Shown piece after piece: positions 1 through 12,060 of a stretch of 29,688 nt of DNA. Every line of letters starts with the position of its first letter. The stretch's first letter is position 1. Source of the DNA: Zygophlyctis sp. KS116 (taxonomy: Eukaryota; Fungi; Chytridiomycota); contig BAAFSQ010000113.1 of NCBI GenBank assembly GCA_054661495.1, forward strand, positions 1 through 29,688, given 5' to 3'. Made by a program: the position numbers and the translations under genes. The notes under the pieces were generated by a model that searched no databases, was not told the DNA's origin, and saw only the letters and a program-made list of their open reading frames with translations.

Positions 1-366
1 CAATATGTATCTCAACTGGATGAGTTTGCTTCTAACCTTAAGTTGATTTTTCCTAAATCTATCTTGATGTGGAGAGACTTGCCTTCTTCTCCCCCAAATA
101 ATGATCAGGCATGGGGCCTAATGGATATTCCAAACTACGTAAGGAATGGTGATGCAAAAATGTTTAGAAATACTTATCTGGATTCGCTGAATATTGGAGC
201 CAAAGAAATGATTGAGAAAAAACATCCTGGAATTATTTTAATTCCCTGGAATAAGGTTACAAGAGGAGAAATGACTTGGCAAGACGACATTCACCCCGAT
301 GGGCCAGCATATAAGGCAGTGGTAAACATGTGGTTGTATTTCATTAAATCGGCATACAGTTCATAA
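1..366 (+). CDS. SGNH/PC-esterase-like protein, copy 1 (3' part only, 5' truncated by window edge)
   Basis: Open from base 1 (QYVSQLDEF...). Near-identical to 1277-1639 of the next gene; DxxH motif (DDIHP); TAA at 364-366. Confidence 0.8.
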   Translation, partial: QYVSQLDEFASNLKLIFPKSILMWRDLPSSPPNNDQAWGLMDIPNYVRNGDAKMFRNTYLDSLNIGAKEMIEKKHPGIILIPWNKVTRGEMTWQDDIHPDGPAYKAVVNMWLYFIKSAYSS

Positions 367-543
367 AATAAGATTGCATTCTTTTTTCGACATAAGGATA
401 CGGATATAATTTAATTCTCATGGCCAATATGAATGTTTATTACGCAGCGGTAATCTATTTTTAGGAATCTATTTTTAAAATTCTATTTATAGTTTCAATT
501 CTTTTTATAGAATCGAAATTGTTCTAAGTACCTTCAAAAGAAA

Positions 544-1639
544 ATGGCTTTCAAGTTTACACACATTCCCAGATTTATTCTTTTTTGGTCTATAGTCTTA
601 AACTTATGTTTGATGTATTCAGTTACCTATGGGATTCAGGACTCTGATTATTATACTAGACATGCGTCGATTGCACCGCTAGGTACTAGCAAGCCAAAAA
701 ATATTTTTGAACATGGAAGAATTCATAATCATCTTTGGACTCCGCTAGATCCATCTGAATCAAAGGATATCAATTTAGTCGATGACTTGGGTGACTGGAT
801 TCGCGATAAAACTATCCTACTTGTGGGGGATTCTGTAGATCGTAGAACAGTACAATGGCTTTGCTCGTACAAACACTGGAATCTAACTACTGCATCTTTC
901 CCAGAAAATGATGGATGGACTGATTGCGGAGGTTATAATGCATGTTCTAGAGTTTGTAACTCTGTAGATCTGAATACCACAATCGTAAATGCTTTTTTGG
1001 TTGGATTAAATCCTGATGATTCTTTAAGAAGAAGAACGGGTCACCACTTTCCATATAATCAAACGATGGATCCCAAGAGGAGGCTAACAGAAGTTTATGT
1101 ACCCTTCATCAAGGATGTTTTGAAAAGAGAGCCTGATGTGGTAGTATTTAATTCAGGGTATGTATTTACATTAAATTAATTCTAGATTATGGGATCTTAT
1201 GCATTGGACAAGAAAATATATTTTTCAAGATGTTAATGCGACGGATTATGATGTCGTAACTGATGAAAGACTTTCTCAATATGTATCTCAACTGGATGAG
1301 TTTGCTTCTAACCTTAAGTTGATTTTTCCTAAATCTATCTTGATGTGGAGAGATTTGCCGTCGACACCAGATGAGGATCCGACATGGCCACTCATGGATA
1401 TTCCAAATTACGTAAGGAATGGTGATGCGAAAATGTTTAGAAATACTTATCTGGATTCGCTGAATATTGGAGCAAAAGATATGTTTGAGAAGAAGCATCC
1501 TGGAATTATTTTACTCCCCTGGAATCAGGTTACCAAAGGAGTGATGACATGGCAAGATCATATACATCCAGCTGCAACAGCGTATAAGGCAGTGGTAAAC
1601 ATGTGGTTGTATTTCATTAAATTGGCATATAGCTCATGA
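544..1639 (+). CDS. SGNH/PC-esterase (TBL/Cas1p-like) family protein with N-terminal membrane anchor, copy 2; 355 aa
   Basis: GDS motif (LLVGDSVDR). Intron 1158-1185 (28 nt) restores NSGLWD; C-terminal DHIH (DxxH); hydrophobic N-terminal segment. Confidence 0.8.
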
Positions 1640-1753
1640 GGGCATTTTTTGAAGGCAGAATAAAAACGTAAAATTGGTTTGTAAAACTCTTTCAGCAGGC
1701 ATAGATCTCGTCTTCTTACGCAATTTTTATTTCAAAGCAATTTTCCCAACTAA

Positions 1754-2314
1754 TTATAGTATAGCAATGATTCCTAAAACTACCAATAGAGCCATTTGAA
1801 ACTTTGGATCGTGACCACTTATCAAAGAGTCATTCTCTATAAGTGATGATCTAGAGGTCGACTGTTCCAACGAAGAAGTAGATGTCCGCTTAGAAGCACT
1901 GCTTGAATCCAAAGTAGAAGTTGTACTTGGTAATTGATATTGAGTTGGAGCGTGCAATTCAGTCTTTTTACCACTTTCCTCTGTGCATTCCCATATTTCT
2001 TCATTTCCTCTTTCATCTTTTGAGTAATTGGTTCCTTTCTTATTCTTTTGCTTATGATTCATAGAAGCATGATCTTTAGATTTCATCTTTTCGGACCAAT
2101 CATGAGCGTCAGCAGAATTAATTTCCTGACATATCCACTCATAGTTTTCATCAATTTCCATAGTATGATAATAATCCTCTTTTGATTCAGATTTGCAGCA
2201 ATTACTACTGCTAATTGAGACAACTTTCTCGCTGTCATCGCAATCTTTAGTCAATGTAGTACTACTAACAAGCGATGCAAGTATCAATAGAGACATGAAT
2301 GTGATATTTATCAT
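1754..2314 (-). CDS. Probable secreted GPI-anchored Ser/Thr-rich surface protein
   Basis: 186-aa intronless ORF with signal peptide (MINITFMSLLILASLVSS), S/T-rich tract and terminal hydrophobic tail (MALLVVLGIIAIL). Confidence 0.7.
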   Translation of the reverse strand: MINITFMSLLILASLVSSTTLTKDCDDSEKVVSISSSNCCKSESKEDYYHTMEIDENYEWICQEINSADAHDWSEKMKSKDHASMNHKQKNKKGTNYSKDERGNEEIWECTEESGKKTELHAPTQYQLPSTTSTLDSSSASKRTSTSSLEQSTSRSSLIENDSLISGHDPKFQMALLVVLGIIAIL

Positions 2315-2494
2315 TTTCTTACGGATAGGGAATCAGATCCGGGTGATCGGACAGGGACCGTTGCCTGGGGACTGGAAGTTGGCGATAGAATAAGGACAAG
2401 GCGGTCTTGACTGTAGAGGCTTAAATTGGCAGCCAGAGGCTTTCAATGGGAAATACTGTGATCGGATTCATAATTAATTATAAAGTGTTTACTG

Positions 2495-4139
2495 ATGATC
2501 CGTTGTTTTCTGGTTTTATTCTTAGTTTTTGAATCTATCAGTTGCTACGTTTTCAAGTTTAGTAGATCTCCAAAGGCAATTCTTATGATCGTTGCAGGAG
2601 ATTCCATTCCGATCATGCAGTATTCAGATTTGGCGAAAGCAGTTAATCATGAGTCAAAAATTGAATTGTGGGTGTCTATAATTGGATCTGCAGATGAGCT
2701 GAAGAAAAACCGTGAAAAATTATGTAGTTTTGGGCTTGATAATTCAGTTGGTTGTTTTTTGTTTGGTAATAATCTTTAAAATAATTTGATAGCACATTCA
2801 TACAAATCAAATTATGAAGTACAGAAAATTGTTTTCTCTGATCCTGTCGGATGGGCAGGCATGATTTCTTTTGGGGCATATATTTTTCCAGAATTTAGGA
2901 AAGACATGAATTTAATACCTTTCATGAGTATTAATGGAGAGAATGATGGGGTATTTCGACCAATGAGAAATGCGGAATCATATTTTCACATTATTCAAAA
3001 TTCTCCAAATCATACTAAAGCGTTCTTTGACCATCCTGTTATATTTCTGGAGGGAATGAATCATGGTAGCGTTCTAAATGGTCAATTATCAAGAGTGAAT
3101 ATTTTTGAACAAGATCTGCCTTCAGTTTTACCCAAATCAATAGCCCATGCTAAAATCTCAAAGCTCTTGAGCGCATTTATGGAAAGGGAAATCTCGCATG
3201 TAGCTGCAGCAATAATTTTTCAAAATGCCTTAGAATCAGAGGAAAGGTTAAAACCAATGGTTCTTTTATTGGAAATCGAGGCTAATACAAGATTGAAACG
3301 CCCTTGTAATTCTGACAACCCAAGCCCACATTGTCCGTTTTATTCCATGTATCCAGTGGTAAATTAAATTATATTATAATAATTAGAAAATTGATCGTAA
3401 AATGTCAGATGATACTAGTTGCCAGTGCGGAACACCTTGGGTATCAAAAGCAAATGATTTGATCGCGTCTAGAATTGATCAATCTTTGAAAATTAAGACG
3501 ACTGATGCAATCCATCCGCTAGAAATGATGAATCCTGTTCATCACCCTCACCTATGGAATGATTGTTTAAATATCAAAGAGTGTGTTTTGAACATTACTA
3601 CTGTATCTAATACCCTATATGATCCCTTGGATGATTATGACATTTCCTCTAATCCTTATATTTCTGGAAAGGAAATCATGGTAAAGCTTAAATCTGAACA
3701 GTCTATCTGGGGTGCAATTACAGGAGAAAAAAGCGAATTAAAAAAATCTGATTCTAGTTTATGCAGAGATATTAACAAGGCCGCATATGATCTCGCTCTC
3801 GCCTCTTTATCTCATGATAGAAGAAAATTATATCAAAATCACGGAGATAAGATCGTATTTGATCCTGATGATGAAATCTTTTTGATGGAACCTCTATGGT
3901 ATTTAAAGCCACTCTCTATTAAATCCGAGGTTAGAGATGGAAAAAATATCTTGATTATAACTTCCCCATCTTTTAAGACTTCAGTAGACTTGAAATGGAA
4001 AAATGTAGATTTAATGGCTGGTATTATTAGCTTATTTTAAATCGTAGGATTACATTACTGCAAGCTAATATCTCCAGCACGCCTATTTGAATGGATGCAC
4101 ACGGACAGTCTTAGGAGCTTTTTCAGAGCTTATCATTAA
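2495..4139 (+). CDS. Secreted alpha/beta-hydrolase-like protein; 520 aa
   Basis: Introns 2766-2792, 3359-3386 and 4021-4047 join three ORFs plus a terminal exon (GLHYCKLISPARLFEWMHTDSL). Signal peptide, AHS elbow-like motif, GENDG and GMNH motifs. Confidence 0.7.
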
Positions 4140-4285
4140 TAAGATAATTTTATAGTTGTATTAATGTTTTCTTAAGAAATTGATCTTATAGAGAAAAGCT
4201 TGGACAATACAGCAAGACAGCATTAAAATTAGTGACGCTTGAATCATTGATCAATCGCTTAGAATCTTGTGATTTTGACTGAAAA

Positions 4286-5496
<1,211 letters not shown>

Positions 5497-5535
5497 ATAA
5501 AACCTTAAAAGTTCGTCGTAATATTTTTATCTGAA

Positions 5536-6235
5536 TTATAAAACTCCTTGATTCATAAAAGGCATCGTGAATGCATCTCTTATTCTTTTTACCTTTTGTG
5601 TTCCTAATCCAGGACAAGAAGATAATTCAGAATCTGATGCTTTTACAAGATTTTTGAATGATTTAAAGTTTGACAAAAGTGTGATCACATCTGTTTTATT
5701 TACAGACTTTATCTGAGTCAGTGCTTCATTTGCCTATAATCACTTTAATAAAAATACCTTTTGATAGTAATCATTATCAGCAATCTTTTCCTTGATTAAA
5801 TCTGGTGATTTGTTCTCATAAGATTTAAAAGTATCAATATACTTTGCAATATCTCCTGGTGTCCATCCCAATAATAGTATTGTTTGACTTTTTATACATG
5901 CCTTATTAAGATCTAGTATAGTAGAATATCTAATTTTAAGAAATAGAGCCATACGAATCCGTATCAACCATGACAAGTAACACCTTGAAATCTACCTTTA
6001 ACTGATCAATCCTCTAATGATAATGCATGTCTCTAAATACCTTGTAAATGTAATCAGGAAACAACTGATGATATTTAAGCGATAAAAACAATCCATTTGC
6101 TAGTCCCATAAGATAATCGCAAGTTAATCTATCATCAAATTCCCAGGTGAGAGAAAGTAAAGGGATCAGCGGATTGCCTCTTTGATTTGGATGCACTTTA
6201 ACTATATTTAAGCATATAATGCACTTACTTGACAT
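5536..6235 (-). CDS. ERCC1: DNA excision repair protein ERCC1/Rad10; 198 aa
   Basis: VHPNQRGNPLI, LFLSLKYHQLFPDYI, YENKSPDLIKEK, and HhH region SVNKTD...CPGLGTQKVKRI. Introns 6228-6202, 6040-6014, 5954-5930, 5757-5734. Confidence 0.93.
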
Positions 6236-6245
6236 CAAATTTTAA

Positions 6246-7991
6246 ATGGATTTTGGTTTTACTGTTCAGATCACTTCCAGTTCTAAATCGGCTCTCGATC
6301 CATCTACAGTCTCAAGCTGGCTTGTTACCAAGGCAGCATCTCCAGTAAATGTAGGCCATCTTAGTCTTGCAAATGGTCACTCTTTTACAATGGCTGTCTC
6401 TACCTTTGGGCAAGCAAAGGCCATAGAAAAACTATCAGGAATAAGATTCAAAGGTGATAAGCTCTATATTAGACTACTATCTGAGCGATCGGCTAATAAT
6501 CTTCATAGTATGGTTCAGGATACCCCAAACAATTCATCAAGTACCCGCATTCATGACACTTTTACATCTTTTATTAATAGCAGATATAATGCATCAGCTA
6601 AATACTTGAATATGGAAAATGTTATGCAAGAACCAATAATTGCTGGAATAGGAATAAATATTTTCCAACATGAATCATCGGATCGGTTGGGTGCAGCATT
6701 GTGCAAGATCATTGCTTCCATATGTGTCGGTGTAAATTAAATAATTTAAGAAAAAAGGTGGAGACAATATCTTTTGCTAATAATGCACTAAAAACATTAT
6801 CTATGCTTTCAACTTTACCTAGTCAGTTGCCGGGTTTAATTAATTTGTCCTTTCAAAACAATAATCTAGGATTTTTTAAAGATGTGGATTGCTTTCCTGG
6901 GCGTGATCTTGCTTATTTAAGGGAATTGGTTTTGGTTGGGAATCCTTTGCTAGAAAAAGAAATGGCAAAGTCTGGTGGGGAAATAAAGTATAGGAGGTAT
7001 GGAGATTATTCTTACTCTTTAGTATAATTAAAAAGATATTTCCTTCGATTCAAGTCTTGGATATGAAGCCGATTACAGCCGATATTGTTCAACAGGGTAA
7101 TCTTTTAAAAGACTTATCATGTAGCTTCTATAATAAGTAATATACAAAATTTCCCATCTACTAAACAGGGCTTTGTAGAGGTTGAACAGGCATTAATTAC
7201 TGATTTTTTGGCAAAGTACCATTCTTTACGATTCATATGATAGATTTTTCTCCTGTTTTGATCAAAATAGACAGGGATTGGCGAATCTTTACTCGGATGA
7301 ATCTGTATTCTCCTTGTCGATAAATCCTTATCCAAGTGATAAACCTCTAATCAGTCGCTCAAATAGGAATTTTGATGCTTGGTGGAATGAAAACCGCAAT
7401 TTAGATAGAGTTCGTCAAACAGACAGACGTCGTAATATGCTCAAGATTGGCTCAGATAATATTATTGGCACATTTATGAAGTTTCCTGCTACTTCTCACC
7501 CAATTAATGACAGCCAAAAGTTCATTATAGATTCATTATCCAATAGCGGGTCGCAATTATTGGTTACAGTTCATGGTGAGCTAACTGAAGGTATTGATCA
7601 AATTAAGAGAAGTTTTGATAGAACATTTGTAATAGTACCCTCTCATCCAGCCTCTAAAGCTGCTGCTTCTGGTATTCCATATATTCTTTTGAATGATCAA
7701 TTGGTTCTCCGCTGTTTTTCCAGCAATTCAGAATGGGAAAATGCTAGCTCGCACTTTTCTTCAGCTCCTACTGTAACATCTATATTCATTAACCGAAAGG
7801 TTGCACCAAATCAAGAAATTTTAGAACGATTTTCTAAAGAAACAGGATTAAATCAGGAATTCAGTCTGTCCTGCTTAAATCAATCTGGCTGGGACGTTCA
7901 AAAAGCACATGCGTCGTTTTTAGCAGCAAAGGTAAGCCATTTAGTGATAATTTTGTAGGGAAGTATTCCTTCGCATGCATTCCTTCGTTAA
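6246..7991 (+). CDS. MEX67: mRNA export factor Mex67/NXF1; about 527 aa
   Basis: RRM-like, LRR (LINLSFQNNNL, LRELVLVGNP), NTF2-like (RSFDRTFVIVP, ILLNDQL) and TAP-C (ETGLNQEFSLSCL...WD...GSIPSHAF) domains. Introns 6732-6757, 6997-7022, 7097-7124, 7216-7243, 7773-7799 (tentative), 7932-7958. Confidence 0.93.
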
Positions 7992-8059
7992 TAATAGATC
8001 CATTGAATTCGATCATCTCGTGGAGAAGGTGGCGTTATCATGTGTTGAAGCCCATTTTT

Positions 8060-9564
8060 ATGAGTGATATCTTGAGATCAGTAATAAGAACATTATCAGA
8101 CAGTGCTCTGTACATTCAAGAAAGTCTGCATACCAGAAGCTGGTCGGACAGACCAGTTCATGGAGTGCGAAAGAGAAAGATTGTCAATCTTGCAGAAATC
8201 CCAGACGGATCTAAATACCTGAGTAAGCTTCCAGTGGAAATAATCTTTCTTATTTTATCCTATTTGGCTGAAGATCCAACAAATGATTGCGATCTCAGGG
8301 AATTGCTTCTACTTAATAAAAGGTGAGCATTAATAGCTAATGCAAGATGGAATAAATGTACAACTCAATACTTATGGAGGAATGTTGAAATTTGTAGCAA
8401 TGTGCGATGGAATCAGCTACTCTTAACATTATCCAGTCGAAGTGCACAATATTACTTTTCTTGCATCAGAGATCTGTACATTCATCATGTAACCATTGAA
8501 TACAGTCAATTTTTTGATATTACGAAGCAGCTTATCTCGGTACAACTGCTATCTATTGAAAACATCAAAGCCATCGCACCTTCACATGATCTGCTATCTC
8601 TTTCAAAAAATATGGCCACAATGATCTATTTAAAAGAAGTCAATATTTACAATTCTTCTCGATGCATTTTGGCACCAATGATTCTTGCATTTCAGAGATC
8701 CCCATTCATCCAAAAGATATCTATTTGCGGTTGCGATTTTAACGAAGGTGATTTATGTTCTATAGTTTCTTTATGCCCCAATCTAACAGAGTTTAACTTG
8801 GACATTCCTGTACAGTTTCGGACCTTGATCGGAGGAGATGTTTTGGCATCTTGTATTGCCAGACATTGTTCAAAATTACAGTCGTTATCATTAGAAGGTT
8901 TGGGGACTATTAGCGATAATGGACTTTTAGCAATACTGAAAATTCACAGTCATCAACTCAAAAAATTACAATTAAAAGAATGTACCCTTCTTACTGAAAA
9001 TAGTCTACTTAAAATCGCAGAATGTCAAGGATTAAAGAAGCTAACTTTAAGTAATATCCCATCTCTTAATGATCGTATTTTAATCAGAACAGTTAGTAAA
9101 ATCTCAATAACTTTGGAATTTTTACAATTAGAATCTGTACCAATTAGTGATATTGGAATTCAAAATATTTCTACGTTTGGCATATCTCTTACACAGCTTA
9201 GATTGTATGACTTGCATTTGTTGACAGATATCTCATTCTTGTCTCAAGATGACTCAAATAAGTTATCAAAACTAAAACAACTTATATTGCATGGATCTCC
9301 TGCCTTATCTAATCCAAAAAATATCGATAAATTTGGAGTTCCTTTATTGGAAAGACTAGAGTTGGTAGGTAGCCTATCCATCGATGAACCTCTTTTGTAT
9401 GAAATGATAACTCAATTTACCAAACTGAAAAGGATTATTTATGCAGGACCCCATGCATCTTTAGAATTCCAAAAGGTATTGTTTCTTTGTGATAATTTTA
9501 GAGCATCATATCAAGATTCAAAGATTGCAATTTTACATTTTTTGGTCCACAATCCCCTGAATAA
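8060..9564 (+). CDS. F-box/LRR-repeat protein; about 484 aa
   Basis: F-box (LSKLPVEIIFLILSYL...KRW) completed by intron 8323-8346; Cys-containing LRRs; probable last intron 9476-9501. Start inferred at ATG 8060. Confidence 0.85.
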
Positions 9565-9574
9565 ACCTTTTATA

Positions 9575-10036
9575 CTATTTTGTAGATTTCTTTTTTTCAT
9601 TACTAGTGTAACCCAGAACTGTGTCTAACCCATCATAACTCCGTTCCTCCCTGTATCTTTCCCATGCATCTTCAATCGCCTGAGCCCGTGATTCCAAAAG
9701 TGTCTGCCCAAGAACTACAACGGTTATCAGTAAACCACCAATGCCCATTAAGACTGGCCTAGTAATAATTTTAGATGGTTCAAAACTTGAGTAGTTTGAA
9801 TGTTCATTTGGATGCGATGTAAAAGATATATCCTTTGGAGCCTGATCCTTACAAACAAGAATCTCATATGCATTTTTAATTTTAAGAAAATCGGACTTTC
9901 CTAATTTTGCTTTATCAGGATGATGTTTTTGTGCCAACTCATAATATTTACTCTTAATTTCCTTTTTTGAAGCTGTTAAAGGAAGACCCAATATATCAAA
10001 AAACTCCTTTTTTGAAGAATAGTTCCTAATAACCAT
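9575..10036 (-). CDS. Small J-domain (DnaJ type III) membrane protein, probably mitochondrial
   Basis: J-domain with HPD (FDILGL...YYELAQKHHPDK...AYEIL) and a C-terminal TM segment. Start is ATG 10036 or 10051. Confidence 0.85.
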   Translation of the reverse strand: MVIRNYSSKKEFFDILGLPLTASKKEIKSKYYELAQKHHPDKAKLGKSDFLKIKNAYEILVCKDQAPKDISFTSHPNEHSNYSSFEPSKIITRPVLMGIGGLLITVVVLGQTLLESRAQAIEDAWERYREERSYDGLDTVLGYTSNEKKKSTK

Positions 10037-10901
10037 TTCTAGAGACCGCATCCCACTTTTCATATAATAAATCTCCAAAACAATTTTCGGATATTACCCC
10101 TTGACTTTCCCACTCTTGTACAAGAATAGGAATTTTGGATGAGTAATCTGGATAAAAAAAGAAAACTGTAGATGTCCGTTCCTCATCATCATCTAAAACC
10201 ACTCTATGAAGCGGTGAATGATACATCCCTCTTGTTAATGATGATAAATAGTCTCCAATATTCACAATCACAAAATCCTTTTTCCCACAAATTGGAATCC
10301 ATTGATTATCCTTGAAAATTTCTAGTCCGAATTGATTATCTTGAGCAATAATCAGAGTTATAAATCCCCAATCCGTATGCTCTGATGACCCAGCATATTT
10401 AGAATGACCTGGAAATCTATTTAGAGCTTCTTTCATTGATAAGTAATTAAATATACGACAAATACTTATAGAGTCTCCTTTGGAGCAATATTGTCCTAGA
10501 TAATCTTTATCTTTGCCGAGTGAGAGAGAAATGTTCTTTAGAATTAGCAGACTGGATTCACAAAGATCTGCAAACAAGTCAAGACAAGACTGTTTCAAGT
10601 CTTGTGTAAAGTCCAACGGCCAAACATTTTGCCCTTGCAGCTTATTACAAGGCTGATCTATCGGCATACCGAATGAGAATCCTTGTTTAGCTTCAAATAA
10701 ATCAGATCCGGACTCCATTCCATATCCCAAATATCCTCTCTTGAGCCCGCCTCGTAGTATTGGCGCTGGATGTTCATGTTTAAACACTTTAGAGACTATG
10801 GAAGAATGATCAGACTTGAAAGGGAAATAGAATGCACCCCATTCAGAGCAGGCTGATTGTATTTCTTTCTCGGATGAGTCAGGAGTTATGACTGGCAACA
10901 T
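10026..10901 (-). CDS. 2-oxoglutarate/Fe(II)-dependent oxygenase (IPNS/DIOX/ACC-oxidase superfamily)
   Basis: HTD...H facial triad (EHTDWGFITL, SPLHRV), RTS 2OG-binding motif, DIOX_N-like ACSEWGAFY. No intron needed. Confidence 0.9.
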   Translation of the reverse strand: MLPVITPDSSEKEIQSACSEWGAFYFPFKSDHSSIVSKVFKHEHPAPILRGGLKRGYLGYGMESGSDLFEAKQGFSFGMPIDQPCNKLQGQNVWPLDFTQDLKQSCLDLFADLCESSLLILKNISLSLGKDKDYLGQYCSKGDSISICRIFNYLSMKEALNRFPGHSKYAGSSEHTDWGFITLIIAQDNQFGLEIFKDNQWIPICGKKDFVIVNIGDYLSSLTRGMYHSPLHRVVLDDDEERTSTVFFFYPDYSSKIPILVQEWESQGVISENCFGDLLYEKWDAVSRNGY

Positions 10902-10919
10902 GAGCAAATTTGAATTTTA

Positions 10920-12016
10920 ATGGCAAGGAACAGAGATATCGTTGCATTAGCCTCTGATGCATCAGAAGAGGATCAGAGTATGGAAGACTGGGATTATGAT
11001 GATCAGGTTCTTGATCTGGATGAAAAAACTCTACAGTCTCTCAAGCATAGTATCAAGGATGATCAAGATTTGAATTCAGATAATGGAGATGATGGAGATT
11101 CAGATGATGAGGAAGAGTGGGGAGCAAAGAAAAACATCTATTATGATGCCGATCAGGATGATGGTAAGTTTCATAATGATCTTAGTTTAGATGCAGAAGA
11201 AGAGGAAAAAGATGAAGCTCTATTGATTCAAAAGAAAATGCTCTCTAAAATACAAGAATCAGATTTCGAAGATGATTTCCCAGATTCATTTCAAAGAATG
11301 CAGTCAAAAAGCCCAAAAAAAGAAAAGGCTCAAGTGACAGTAGACATTGAAAAAGTTTTAAAGCAATTGCATTCTACATTTGATAAATTGAATGATGATC
11401 AAAGTTTTAGTAATCAGTTGAATTGGATCTATGCTTCAATTTTAAATTACTATATTTTTCTTCGAAGAAAAAACTCTCTCAAATATCATCCAATTTCAAA
11501 ACTTGTCGTGAAAATTCAAAAATTAGTACCATCAATGATTTCTTACCAAGATTTTTTAGAATCTTCTAAATTAGAATCTGTACAAGATGATATTGAAGTG
11601 GATAAACAAGATTCTGAAATGGATTCAGACTATTATACTGAAATTTTGAATCGGAATAAAACTCTGCGAAAAGATCGAGAGGAATCCATTTTACAAGGCA
11701 AAGAAGAGAAAAGACTAGCTAATTGGTATATTTTAACCATTGTTTTAATAATATTAGGGCAATTGAAGACGGTGATTTGATTCAAGATGATAAAAAGAGA
11801 ATGGCATCTTGGCGTATACTTACAAACAAGGGTCTTACACCGCATCGTAAAAAGGAAAACAGAAATCCTAGAGTTAAGAAACGGAAAAAGTATGAAAAGG
11901 CAATCAAAAAATTGTCTTCATTCAGAGCTGTTGCTGTTGACAAATCTACTGCTGGACCATATGCAGGTGAGAGGACTGGTATTCGTAGGAACTTGACTAG
12001 ATCCGTTAAATTTTAA
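10920..12016 (+). CDS. SAS10: Sas10/Utp3 SSU processome component; about 345 aa
   Basis: Acidic N-terminus with WG..K..YY; Sas10 C-terminal domain (NKGLTPHRKKENRNPRVKKRKKY...YAGERTGI...RSVKF). Introns 11164-11190 and 11726-11757. Confidence 0.93.
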
Positions 12017-12027
12017 TTAAAGTCCCG

Positions 12028-12038
12028 GGTTCGATTCC
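12028..12038 (+). promoter_or_regulatory. Isolated Pol III B-box-like element (GGTTCGATTCC)
   Basis: Exact match to the GGTTCGANTCC consensus in the 44-bp SAS10-RAB18 spacer, followed by a T run; no cloverleaf around it. Confidence 0.45.
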
Positions 12039-12060
12039 TTTTTTAAAAACTTTTTTAATA

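Noticed and set aside
2409-2430. CTGTAGAGGCTT resembling the fungal SRP RNA 5' motif
   Set aside because: Imperfect match, and a CDS starts about 80 nt later, leaving no room for the S domain.
9476-9628. Apparent 54-nt overlap of the F-box ORF with the J-protein ORF
   Set aside because: A 26-nt intron at 9476-9501 gives a stop at 9564, leaving a 10-bp gap.
11960-12045. Possible tRNA gene
   Set aside because: Only the T-loop motif is present. There is no acceptor stem, D-arm or anticodon arm, and the upstream part is SAS10 coding sequence.
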